Shown in pieces: positions 55,386 to 63,865 of a DNA stretch of 64,000 bases. The notes beneath the pieces are model-generated. The model searched no databases. It was not told where the DNA came from and worked only from the letters and a program-made list of their open reading frames with translations. Location: positions 19,754 to 83,753 of IMG/VR virus record IMGVR_UViG_3300035703_000053. One strand, written 5' to 3'. Source of the DNA: a virus. The number at the start of each line of letters is the position of its first letter. Within the stretch, counting starts at the first letter, position 1. The position numbers and the translations under genes are program-made.

Positions 55386-55637
55386 ATGACTGATGACATT
55401 CTTGATTATGCTCGTCAGCTTGCAACTAAACCTATGACCAACAACTCAAACAACAACTGGCTTCGAAAATTAAAGATTGAATGTATTGAAGAACAAGAGG
55501 ATGGTAGCTTGACTATCCAAATTGAATGGGATGAAACAGACCCAGACCTTGAGTACTGGGTATCATTAGGGAAGGAAGGACAAAAAACCTTTTTCCTTGA
55601 TTTGTTAACCAACGCAATCACTAGCCATGGCAATTGA
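55386..55637 (+). CDS. hypothetical protein
   Basis: EEQEDGSLTIQIEWDETDP motif. Confidence 0.55.
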   Translation: MTDDILDYARQLATKPMTNNSNNNWLRKLKIECIEEQEDGSLTIQIEWDETDPDLEYWVSLGKEGQKTFFLDLLTNAITSHGN

Positions 55638-55941
55638 TCTTTACGGCATTGATGAAGATCGTTACATTGAAATCTTTAAAGAGAAAGCTGGATTGTTGTA
55701 TCGCACTATGCGGGAAATGATTCGGGTATCTCTTGAAGAGCAAGTGGATCTTAACCACTGGCCGCACGAAACAATTTGGCGTATGTATGAAAGCATTTCA
55801 TATGATGCAAACGAAGAAGCTCGGCAGATTACAAAAAAGGAATGCCCAAGCAAACTTCCTGACTATGATCTGGGTCCAACCAGGGGTGAACTGATGGATG
55901 AAATCCAAAACATCAAAAAGATGTTGGACACACCTGAGTGA
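55627..55941 (+). CDS. hypothetical protein
   Basis: 104 aa. Confidence 0.6.
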   Translation: MAIDLYGIDEDRYIEIFKEKAGLLYRTMREMIRVSLEEQVDLNHWPHETIWRMYESISYDANEEARQITKKECPSKLPDYDLGPTRGELMDEIQNIKKMLDTPE

Positions 55942-55946
55942 TCAGT

Positions 55947-55973
55947 CGTCCTGGTCATGACGTTAAACTGACC
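55947..55973 (+). ncRNA. pseudoknot family E6
   Basis: CGTC-CT-GGTCA-T-GACG-TTAAAC-TGACC. Confidence 0.75.
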
Positions 55974-56005
55974 AACTCATCAGTCTAACTTACGACTTCA
56001 GTTTA

Positions 56006-56125
56006 ATGTTTGAAGCAATCTTTTCTACTGTTCTTCCTGTTTTCAAAGATCTTCTTATAACAGCAGCCGCAGCGCTGCTGGCGTATGGACTCAACAAACT
56101 TCAGTCTTACTTTCAAACCATCTGA
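56006..56125 (+). CDS. 39-aa hydrophobic peptide (not in track)
   Basis: MFEAIFSTVLPVFKDLLITAAAALLAYGLNKLQSYFQTI after E6. Confidence 0.55.
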   Translation: MFEAIFSTVLPVFKDLLITAAAALLAYGLNKLQSYFQTI

Positions 56126-56128
56126 GCT

Positions 56129-56833
56129 ATGACTCAAATTACTCAAACTAAAATCAAAGATCTAAATGTCCTCCAGCTTTATGAACACTATGGTGCCTTG
56201 GAACGCAGTCTTCCTTTGCTTACTCCTGAGTCCCAAGAGCTGGCAAAGGCTGAGCTGGAGTCTTGCTCCAGGCTTCGGTCTGAAAAGATTGATCGCATCT
56301 ATTACGCAATGGCAGCCCATGAGGATGCATTGGAGCGTATTAAGAAAGAAGGTGAGCTGATTACGCAAGCTAAGCGTCATCACGAGTCTCAACTCAATTC
56401 CCTCAAGGGATTGTTAAATTGGTTGCGTCGAGCCTTGCCACTAGACTCGAACAAAATCACAGGTCGCAACTACCAGTTTGTCCTTGTCAAAAAGAGATCA
56501 CTCACCGTTGAAATCAAGTCCGACCCAGAAGACTGGGACGCTGACCAAAGACAGTCTTATTGCGTTGAAGAAGAAGTCACCACAACCAAACGAGTTGTGT
56601 TACGTTCATTATCAGGAGACGTCCTCGAAGAGAGGGTCGAACCTACAACCAAAACTAAAATTGTTCCCAACCTCGATGCCATACGCAGCGCCCATCAAGC
56701 AGGTGAAAGGCTCCCAGCTGGAGTCAAAGTTTTACAAGAGTACAGCATCCGATCTAAACGGATCTACGGAAACGACTCCTCAATGGAACTGGAAGCATCC
56801 CAGTATCCAGGACAGCTTCTACCTGAAGATTGA
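56129..56833 (+). CDS. Siphovirus Gp157-like protein
   Basis: EKID.I...IKKE..LI...K...E.....LK..L; GE.LPAGV C-terminus. Confidence 0.7.
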   Translation: MTQITQTKIKDLNVLQLYEHYGALERSLPLLTPESQELAKAELESCSRLRSEKIDRIYYAMAAHEDALERIKKEGELITQAKRHHESQLNSLKGLLNWLRRALPLDSNKITGRNYQFVLVKKRSLTVEIKSDPEDWDADQRQSYCVEEEVTTTKRVVLRSLSGDVLEERVEPTTKTKIVPNLDAIRSAHQAGERLPAGVKVLQEYSIRSKRIYGNDSSMELEASQYPGQLLPED

Positions 56834-57101
56834 AGCGCCACATAATGTTGATGATGCACGAATCAAAATGGACTGCCATCAACATGCAGTGACTGACTTT
56901 AATCTTCAGCTAGAGATGAATGATCTTGAATACGAAATGCTCAAGGATAATGGTGAGGTGTTGCCATACAACACCGCAAAGGCTGATGACCTAGAACAAA
57001 AGAAACTTAAGTTGTTCTTTGGTAAGAGGTTCCATCAGAATGCAGCTAATGCTTATTGGTATTGGTTGGTTAAGACCCAAAATAAATACGATTACAATTA
57101 A
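56478..57101 (+). CDS. hypothetical protein (start uncertain)
   Basis: C-terminal part fills the gap after Gp157. Confidence 0.45.
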   Translation: MSLSKRDHSPLKSSPTQKTGTLTKDSLIALKKKSPQPNELCYVHYQETSSKRGSNLQPKLKLFPTSMPYAAPIKQVKGSQLESKFYKSTASDLNGSTETTPQWNWKHPSIQDSFYLKIEAPHNVDDARIKMDCHQHAVTDFNLQLEMNDLEYEMLKDNGEVLPYNTAKADDLEQKKLKLFFGKRFHQNAANAYWYWLVKTQNKYDYN

Positions 57102-57121
57102 ATAACTACTGAGGGGTTTCC

Positions 57122-57382
57122 ATGACTGACGATAATCTAGTCAAACTATTGGCTGGGTTTACCAGTGATGGGACCCCTCTCCAAGCATTAATTGGTAACC
57201 GTCAAGAATGGGGCGTTACTATTTTGACTGCTGCAATGCTGGCAAATGAAAACCTTGCTGGCCAAATGACAGCAGAAGAAATGGTTGATGGAGCTATTAA
57301 TTATTACAATGTAATTCAAGAACGTCTTGGTTACTACCAGAAATGTCAAGCACATTCTCTTGAGCGCCTGCTAAATAATTGA
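57122..57382 (+). CDS. hypothetical protein
   Basis: GAGG RBS. Confidence 0.6.
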   Translation: MTDDNLVKLLAGFTSDGTPLQALIGNRQEWGVTILTAAMLANENLAGQMTAEEMVDGAINYYNVIQERLGYYQKCQAHSLERLLNN

Positions 57383-57421
57383 GTTTTCTTGCTAGTGTAT
57401 TAAAGTCCTTAAACCCAACCA

Positions 57422-57619
57422 ATGGAAACCATTGCTGTTCCTAGGTTAACCGTATCTTTTGCGGTTGATCTGGAAGTAGAGTACAACGCTTTTGAAGGTA
57501 AAACACCACAGGATGTGGCTATTGCCCTTCAAGATGAGCTGGATGATTTGTTATTTGAGACCAGCCCAGCTGTTAAAGGTGTGTTCACTTCTATTACTGC
57601 AATTGATTCCAATGGATGA
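57422..57619 (+). CDS. hypothetical protein
   Basis: 65 aa. Confidence 0.55.
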   Translation: METIAVPRLTVSFAVDLEVEYNAFEGKTPQDVAIALQDELDDLLFETSPAVKGVFTSITAIDSNG

Positions 57620-57902
57620 TCTAGTAAAGAAACTTAATACTGCCGGTGCTTTTGATTCGCCTTGGCTTCAGGAGCAACTCCGTAACTGGAACGTGGTTGA
57701 CGAACAGAAGAAAGCAGACTTTATGGAACGTCTGTACGAGGTGTACAAACCAACCAACAACTGCTACACGGGTCTGTGGGAACGTTTCTGTTTGACAGAG
57801 GCTGGCTCGGCAATGCGCGAGCGGTACTTCGAGATGCTTGCAGCTATCAAGGAGTATGAGGAGTTGGTAACAAAACAAAAAGAACGTGAAGCTGCCGTTT
57901 AG
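57612..57902 (+). CDS. hypothetical protein
   Basis: ATG 57612; KADFME.LY......YTGLW motif. Confidence 0.6.
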   Translation: MDDLVKKLNTAGAFDSPWLQEQLRNWNVVDEQKKADFMERLYEVYKPTNNCYTGLWERFCLTEAGSAMRERYFEMLAAIKEYEELVTKQKEREAAV

Positions 57903-57962
57903 TTCCCGTTGAGCAGACTAGACTTTAGAGACGTGCCAGCATTGTGGTGCGTCTTTTTTCTT

Positions 57963-58355
57963 ATGGAAACCAACACTACTAAACCAATGGAAACAATTAA
58001 AAACTGGCAAGAATGGTATAACAAACATCGTGTAGATGTGATTAATGAGCCCGGAGAAACCAAAAAATCACGTGAATCTTTGCATGACACCAGCAACGCA
58101 GTAGATACCCTACCTGCCTGGCGTGATTACTATAAAGAACTTATTAAAAATCCAACAGAAACTTCTGTGTTTAAAGAGAGGGCTATTGCTCATTTCTCAG
58201 ATACACTTGCTGAGTTTGCAAATGAATTAACGGCTACTGAGGTGATTGACTGCTTTCTTTCTGCTGCAACTGAACAACTTAATCAAATTGAAAAAGAACG
58301 TTCACGTGCATTGGATATTGTAAAACTTATTCAGAGTGTTAAAGATGAGAACTAA
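57963..58355 (+). CDS. hypothetical protein
   Basis: ATG 57963 preferred. Confidence 0.55.
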   Translation: METNTTKPMETIKNWQEWYNKHRVDVINEPGETKKSRESLHDTSNAVDTLPAWRDYYKELIKNPTETSVFKERAIAHFSDTLAEFANELTATEVIDCFLSAATEQLNQIEKERSRALDIVKLIQSVKDEN

Positions 58356-58590
58356 AGAATATTATCCTGAATGGATTTGCGATCAGTGTGGTGTGACTTA
58401 TGGTATCTGGTATAAAGGCCATGCTTATATTGGCCCTCCTTCTTGGAGGGCCACATATCATATGGGTAAGTGTCAGGTGTGTGAAACAGAGAATGTGCCT
58501 GTAACAGAACCAAGGGATTATGGTGGGTTAAGTCATAAAGAAATGCGTGAGATTCATGCACAAAAAAAGAAAAAGAAACAGGTGGAATAG
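58336..58590 (+). CDS. small zinc-finger protein
   Basis: WICDQCG...G.CQVC...VTEPRDYG. Confidence 0.6.
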   Translation: MLKMRTKEYYPEWICDQCGVTYGIWYKGHAYIGPPSWRATYHMGKCQVCETENVPVTEPRDYGGLSHKEMREIHAQKKKKKQVE

Positions 58591-58626
58591 TTAGTAAATT
58601 AGAATTACTGAAGCAAATAAATTAGT

Positions 58627-59961
58627 ATGAACATTCGATACGTCAATGATTACGGTGATGGAACGTCAGGATATTTAAACTATGGATCAGGTGTTGTTGT
58701 CACAACCGCTAGTGGACAACCCATTGAAGTAACCACTGAGCCAAGTGGTGTTCTTTCAGTGCAGGGTGGTGGGACAGGTAGTGATGCATTTGGGCGTTTA
58801 CGTACCGCAGCACCTTTGACACTGTTTGATTCCAGCCATAGATACAAAGATAATGGTTTATGGGTTACATCCAGTGGAACTGGTGGTGCTACATCATTTG
58901 ATAGTAATGCTGGTCTTGTTACATTAAACACAACTACTACGTCTGGTTCACAAATTATTCGAGAAACAACAAAAGTATTTTCTTATCAACCAGGGAAATC
59001 TTTGTTGATAATGTCTACGTTTGTTATGAACGCTGCCAAGGCAGGGCTTCGACAACGCGTAGGTTACTTTGGTGCTAATAACGGTATTTACCTAGAACAA
59101 GACGGTACGTCTTCTCCGTCTTTTGTTGAACGTAGTTACGTAACTGGGTCTGTAACAGAAACACGTGTTGCGCAAGGTGACTGGAATATCGACCCATTAA
59201 ATGGTACTGGACCTTCTGGTTTAACACTTGACTTAACTAAAGCTCAAATTCTTTGGATGGATGTTGAGTGGCTAGGACTTGGCACAGTAAGAATTGGTTT
59301 TGTAATCAACGGTAAACTTATTCATTGCCATTCGTTCCATCATTCAAATTTAATTGCATCAACTTATATCACTACAGCATCTTTACCTTTGCGTTATGAA
59401 ATTACCAATACGGCCACAACTGCATCTTCTAGTACATTAAAACAAGTTTGTTCAACCGTTGTGTCAGAGGGTGGTTATGAACTGCGAGGACAACAACAAT
59501 CTATTGGTACTGCAATCACATCTCCATATAGCCTTACAACTGCCGGTACTTTTTATCCTGTAATTTCAATTCAATTAAAATCAACAACACTAGATGCAAT
59601 TGTTATTCTGACTGCATTGTCTATTATGGCTGCAGGTGGTACAGCCAATTATTGCTGGCGTGTATTAGCAAAGGCAACAACTTCTGGTGGTGGCTGGGTA
59701 AGTGCAGGTACTGATTCAGCTGTTGAATATAACCTTACCGGTACTTCAAGTAGTGGCGGCCGGGTAATGGCACAAGGCTACTTCAGTGCATCAAACCAAG
59801 GGACATCAACAATTGATGTATTAAAAGAAGCTTTGTTTAAATTTCAGTTAGAACGTGACGGTCTTGCTGGTACGCCTTATGAAATTAGTTTGTTGATCAG
59901 TGCCAGTGCAAATACATCAACCGTACATGCCGCATTAGATTGGGAAGAAATAAGTCGCTGA
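58627..59961 (+). CDS. putative virion structural / fibre-like protein
   Basis: DAFGRLR..P.TLFDS, YQPGKS, WLG.G.VR.GF; T/S/G-rich; upstream TAGAAT. Confidence 0.7.
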   Translation: MNIRYVNDYGDGTSGYLNYGSGVVVTTASGQPIEVTTEPSGVLSVQGGGTGSDAFGRLRTAAPLTLFDSSHRYKDNGLWVTSSGTGGATSFDSNAGLVTLNTTTTSGSQIIRETTKVFSYQPGKSLLIMSTFVMNAAKAGLRQRVGYFGANNGIYLEQDGTSSPSFVERSYVTGSVTETRVAQGDWNIDPLNGTGPSGLTLDLTKAQILWMDVEWLGLGTVRIGFVINGKLIHCHSFHHSNLIASTYITTASLPLRYEITNTATTASSSTLKQVCSTVVSEGGYELRGQQQSIGTAITSPYSLTTAGTFYPVISIQLKSTTLDAIVILTALSIMAAGGTANYCWRVLAKATTSGGGWVSAGTDSAVEYNLTGTSSSGGRVMAQGYFSASNQGTSTIDVLKEALFKFQLERDGLAGTPYEISLLISASANTSTVHAALDWEEISR

Positions 59962-60089
59962 TCAGCCCCAGGGGGAACCTAAGGCTCTTGCTAAGGCAAA
60001 AACTCCGGGTTAAGCAATGCTAATGAGACACAGCGTTGTCACACCCATTGATCCTGCTACTATGACTGGGCACCTCAGGGCTTCAATCT

Positions 60090-60392
60090 ATGACCCATCC
60101 AGAAACCATAACTATTGACGGCGTACTGTATGTGCGCCAAGATTCAATTCCAAAAGGCAAGCGCGCTGTTGTAGTGGTTGACCGTGGTTGGATTTTTGCT
60201 GGTGACGTAACCAGAGAAAATGGCCGCATTAAACTGAGCCGCGCACTTCATGTTTTTAAGTGGGAATCCATTGGCTTTGCCAAAATGGTTGAAACAGCAA
60301 AAGCAGATCTTCGACCTATTGCAGACGTAGATATTCCCGAAGGAGCAGAAATCTTTGCAGTGCCAGTGAAAGATCAATGGGGGCTCAAATGA
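60090..60392 (+). CDS. DUF6948-like phage protein
   Basis: VVVVDRGWIFAGDV; paired with Gly-Tyr repeat gene. Confidence 0.6.
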   Translation: MTHPETITIDGVLYVRQDSIPKGKRAVVVVDRGWIFAGDVTRENGRIKLSRALHVFKWESIGFAKMVETAKADLRPIADVDIPEGAEIFAVPVKDQWGLK

Positions 60393-60652
60393 CATCTAAT
60401 GCGTTGATGCGCCCTATTGGCAACGGCTACGGCAACGGCAACGGCTACGGCGGCAACGTCTACGGCGGCTACGGCTACGGCTACAGCGACGGCCACGGCT
60501 ACGGCTACGGCTACGGCTACGGCTACGGCTACGGCTACGGCTACGGCTACAGCGACGGCCACGGCTACAGCGGCGGCTACGGCGACGGCTACGGCTACGG
60601 CTACGGCCAAGGCCACGGCACTTGCTCTCCAAATCGCAAAAGGAGACCTTGA
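60389..60652 (+). CDS. Gly-Tyr repeat protein
   Basis: ATGA coupling; (GY)n encoded by GGCTAC repeats. Confidence 0.55.
   Translation: MTSNALMRPIGNGYGNGNGYGGNVYGGYGYGYSDGHGYGYGYGYGYGYGYGYGYSDGHGYSGGYGDGYGYGYGQGHGTCSPNRKRRP
60419..60619. repeat. (GGCTAC)n hexamer tandem repeat
   Basis: About 200 nt of GGCTAC/GGCAAC/GGCCAC units. Confidence 0.95.
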
Positions 60653-60816
60653 TGCCCAAAAGCCCTTACGAAGGCGGCAAAAAACGTCGCCACCTTACGC
60701 TTTCAGACCAGGCCTACAACCATCTTGGAGGCCTGGTCAAAGGGGCCAAGCTTTCGCGCTCTGAAGCTCTTGAACACCTCATTGGATTGGAAACAAATAA
60801 GCCGCTGAGGTGTTAA
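60652..60816 (+). CDS. ribbon-helix-helix (CopG-like) protein
   Basis: KKRRHLTLSDQAY..L......LSRSEALE.L; AAGGAG RBS. Confidence 0.6.
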   Translation: MPKSPYEGGKKRRHLTLSDQAYNHLGGLVKGAKLSRSEALEHLIGLETNKPLRC

Positions 60817-60849
60817 TGACTGATAAACTGGTAGTAATGATAGAAACTT

Positions 60850-61413
60850 ATGTATACCCCCGGTCCTCAACAGTACCAGCCTGCTAAAACCCCTCAGCTT
60901 CAAGCTGTTCCTCAGCCCCAGGTACAAGAGAAGCCTAAGGCTCCTGCAAAAGCTAAGACTCCTGGCAATGACGTTGGGGCTTTTATTCAGCAGTGTATTT
61001 CTCTTTGTGCATACATTAAAGAACTAGAGACCCAAAGTCACTTAATCCACCTCAACTACGAGGGTGGTAACTTTCTTGGGGTACATGCATTCTTAAAAGA
61101 TCAATATAAAGCCCATCTAGAACAGTTTGATACTCTTGCTGAGTTTGTTCGCTCGATGGATTATCTCCTCCCGCAATGTGGTTCTGGACTTAAAGATGCT
61201 GCTCCCCCGATGCAAACAGTGACTTCATATAAAGGCACTGACATGCTTGGCGTGTATTACAAAAATCTTGAAGAGCTTGGCATGAAAACCAAAAAGCTGG
61301 AGCCTGTAGCTGCCAAAGTGGGTGCTATTGATATTCAGAATTACATGGCTGAGTTATGTGGAGAAGCGTTTAAGGCGGCTTGGTTTATTAAAGCAACCTT
61401 GAGGAATGGATGA
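60850..61413 (+). CDS. Dps/ferritin-like protein
   Basis: H.NYEG.NFLGVH.FL..QY......D.LAE.VR and terminal WF..A.L. Confidence 0.75.
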   Translation: MYTPGPQQYQPAKTPQLQAVPQPQVQEKPKAPAKAKTPGNDVGAFIQQCISLCAYIKELETQSHLIHLNYEGGNFLGVHAFLKDQYKAHLEQFDTLAEFVRSMDYLLPQCGSGLKDAAPPMQTVTSYKGTDMLGVYYKNLEELGMKTKKLEPVAAKVGAIDIQNYMAELCGEAFKAAWFIKATLRNG

Positions 61414-62018
61414 TGGATATTTTTGATCCCGCTTCTTTATCTAATTTACCAACAAACTTTGGCGACGTTGCCATGAGTCGTGGACAAGCTCGTCAAATCA
61501 TTGATCGATTTACGCAAGAAGCTGTAAGGAAAAACATAACTCCTGATGCGTTTCAAGAAGGTTTGTATTATCTGGGGCAAGTAGGACAAAGCCCAGATTT
61601 TACTCGAAGCAAAATTCGAAACACATTAAAAAGCCCAATGGGCAGATTAATACTCGAAAATCCACAACTGGCAACGCAAGCAGCTGGCCAGTTTGGTGAT
61701 TTGGTTACAGGTGTTAATCCTGCATTAGCAGGTAAACATATGGGATTGGTAAATCAATTAATGCAAGAAGCCAAAAAAGATAACTTGTTGCGATCTGATG
61801 TAACTTATGACGAAATTAAACGTGAAGTACAACAACCTATGTATGGTGCTTTACAAGATTGGGTAAAAGATAAAAAAAGTAACACGGCTGCAATAGAGGT
61901 TTTAAAAGAATCATACTTAGGAAAAAATATAACGCCCGGTACAGTAAGCCGTATCTTTCCTAAAGGTATGCCAAAAACCGGGCTTCCTCAATACGCATTG
62001 GGAATACCTTTTAAATAG
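61410..62018 (+). CDS. hypothetical protein
   Basis: 202 aa, ATGA overlap. Confidence 0.55.
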   Translation: MMDIFDPASLSNLPTNFGDVAMSRGQARQIIDRFTQEAVRKNITPDAFQEGLYYLGQVGQSPDFTRSKIRNTLKSPMGRLILENPQLATQAAGQFGDLVTGVNPALAGKHMGLVNQLMQEAKKDNLLRSDVTYDEIKREVQQPMYGALQDWVKDKKSNTAAIEVLKESYLGKNITPGTVSRIFPKGMPKTGLPQYALGIPFK

Positions 62019-62270
62019 TTAATCGCTCCAGTGCTCAAGCCTATGGCAGTTGCAGCACAGCGGGATGCATTTACTCATCTCTTCTTCTATCCTGCTCCAG
62101 CTGTACCCGTGGCTGACCATGTTTGAAATATTGTGATCCTTGTCACCAATGTGGTGGAACTCAAGGACACGATGATCCTTTATGCCACACTTCTTGCAGG
62201 ACAAAGTCTTTTTGTACTCCAAGAACTTGTTGCGATTCTCTTGAAGCTTTGGCTTGGAAGTGGGCACCAA
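62019..62270 (-). CDS. small HNH-like protein
   Basis: CKKCG...LEFHH...KCIPLCCNCHRLEH. Confidence 0.8.
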   Translation of the reverse strand: MVPTSKPKLQENRNKFLEYKKTLSCKKCGIKDHRVLEFHHIGDKDHNISNMVSHGYSWSRIEEEMSKCIPLCCNCHRLEHWSD

Positions 62271-62300
62271 GCTGGTAAATAGCTGTTGTAAATATAACAG

Positions 62301-62969
62301 TTATTCTTCGTTTGGCGTCTTCCAAAAATACTCATCAGATTCACCAAGCCTACCCCACTTAGGCGCGTGTTCTACATCGAAATAACGAGTAGAGACCTTA
62401 AAATCAGGCGTCTTTAAGTCATGATTGGTAAGAGATGGATCACACATGCGGCACCTGTTATTGGGGTAGGCACCAATCTGCCCGTTTTCTAAAACAACAA
62501 TATTATGGGACTTGTGCTCATCGGGGAATTCAGCAAAGTAAAAATCAGGTTCGTTTCGATGAGGGTGATAGTTGTCAATTGTGAACAGATAGTTGCCTTT
62601 CATTACGCCGGCGCTACGGGTCATCACTTGAAACTCCATGTTAAAGATCAAGTTTTTTTCAATGACTGTAAGCCCATGGTCAAATCCATTCCAGAACTGA
62701 AGGTCTGTTAACCCTAAATCAGGGGTTGGACTTTCTGGTTTTTCCGGATAGTTGGGGTCCCAGGACAAGAACGCACTGATAGGCAGCTTGTCATAAAGTG
62801 CACCATACTCAGTCAAGTAAGTTTCAAAATATAGAGCACGTCCTGTTAAAGACTTGCAGGTTACCCAATAACCTGGGGTGTATTCCCCGTGTCCATCGTG
62901 TAGATCACGAAGATACTCCCTTCGTACCCAAACTTTTACTGGTGGTACGTTGGCTACCAAGGTGGTCAT
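62301..62969 (-). CDS. hypothetical phage protein
   Basis: WVRREYLRD..GHGE, YDKLPISAF, EHKSHN...NGQ..AYPNNR. Confidence 0.7.
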   Translation of the reverse strand: MTTLVANVPPVKVWVRREYLRDLHDGHGEYTPGYWVTCKSLTGRALYFETYLTEYGALYDKLPISAFLSWDPNYPEKPESPTPDLGLTDLQFWNGFDHGLTVIEKNLIFNMEFQVMTRSAGVMKGNYLFTIDNYHPHRNEPDFYFAEFPDEHKSHNIVVLENGQIGAYPNNRCRMCDPSLTNHDLKTPDFKVSTRYFDVEHAPKWGRLGESDEYFWKTPNEE

Positions 62970-62998
62970 TAGGTTTGTTCAGATCTATTTAATATAGA

Positions 62999-63099
62999 GC
63001 ACACAGAAGGGACTCGAACCCTTATCGCATTAACTGTTTATAGCACTGCGTCCAGTGCATCAACAGATGCCGCCCTATCCAATTGGTTCGCACTGTGTG
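62999..63099 (-). ncRNA. tRNA-like RNA with 44-nt extended hairpin in place of the anticodon arm
   Basis: CACACAG/CTGTGTG acceptor; AAGGG-TTCGAGT-CCCTT T arm; AATTGGATA D loop. Confidence 0.65.
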
Positions 63100-63101
63100 A
63101 A

Positions 63102-63173
63102 TCGGTCGTGCTGGAATCGAACCAGCTTTCCACGTAGCTTGTCGCCCCGTCCTTACCAATAGACTACCGACCG
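63102..63173 (-). ncRNA. tRNA-like RNA with non-pairing anticodon arm
   Basis: CGGTCG/CGACCG acceptor; GTCT-ATTGGTAA-GGAC D arm; GCTGG-TTCGATT-CCAGC T arm. Confidence 0.65.
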
Positions 63174-63176
63174 AGT

Positions 63177-63503
63177 GACCCCCTGGTTTGTGCATCATCC
63201 GGCGTCCCGGAGCTAGGCATAGGGGGTGTTGCATGATGCAAAGCTTCAGGGCTTTACTTGCTTCAGGGCGTTTCATGCATGATCCGTCGCGCTTGCCAAA
63301 TCGGTCCCCGGCGCACCCGTGAATCAATCGGGCGGAGGTGATCAACCCTCCGGCCTGGAAACCCAGGACTTAGACGCAAACCAGGACAGGCAAGTACGCC
63401 TTCATGGGCTGGTTGCACCCTACCGACAGAGCAGTAGGGGTGGTTGATGGATCAGGTGTGTCGCCTTCTAGGCTATGTGCCTAACGCGCACAGGGACCTG
63501 ACC
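63177..63503 (-). ncRNA. roughly 330-nt structured RNA candidate
   Basis: Multiple GC-rich stems, no convincing ORF, own promoter, abuts the tRNA-like RNAs. Confidence 0.6.
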
Positions 63504-63516
63504 TCTATCACTCGTA

Positions 63517-63545
63517 ATCATACAACAAAAAATAACACTGTGCAA
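63517..63545 (-). promoter_or_regulatory. sigma70-type promoter for the ncRNA cluster
   Basis: TTGCAC-17 nt-TATGAT on the minus strand. Confidence 0.55.
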
Positions 63546-63565
63546 ATATTGTATGCAGCAGAATA

Positions 63566-63865
63566 TTATGACGCAAACACCCTCACCGGCTGCTCAGGGC
63601 TTACCACGTACTGCTCCCACTCCTGTGGAAGGTCACCCACGTAGTTGCAGTGCCAGCCATCCAGCACCGTTGGAGAGGTGATCACCTCACCGGTCTTAGG
63701 GTCGTATTCGCCGCCACGGACGATGACGCCAATGCAGTCGAGGGCGTGTGTGTGACTAGCGGTGAGGATCCGCACGGTGCCATCCTCATCGGTGGCGGTG
63801 AAGCCGGCCTCGGCCAGGGCAGCCATGCCGGTGGTCTCGTCGGGGAAGCGGAGGAAGTGGGTCAT
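63566..63865 (-). CDS. tail-fibre-associated small protein
   Basis: FLRFPDE...ALD.IG.I...GEYD..TGEV...P...DGWH.N pattern; follows a fibre gene. Confidence 0.65.
   Translation of the reverse strand: MTHFLRFPDETTGMAALAEAGFTATDEDGTVRILTASHTHALDCIGVIVRGGEYDPKTGEVITSPTVLDGWHCNYVGDLPQEWEQYVVSPEQPVRVFAS

Noticed and set aside
40977-55973. Family E as a readthrough or frameshift stimulator
   Set aside because: The 5-6 nt spacing after stops fits, but the downstream frames differ, in-frame stops block fusion at E2, E5 and E6, and no slippery site is shared.
60374-60764. Poly-AV, poly-RS and poly-AT ORFs
   Set aside because: These are alternative frames of the GGCTAC repeat; only the GY frame has coupled start and stop.
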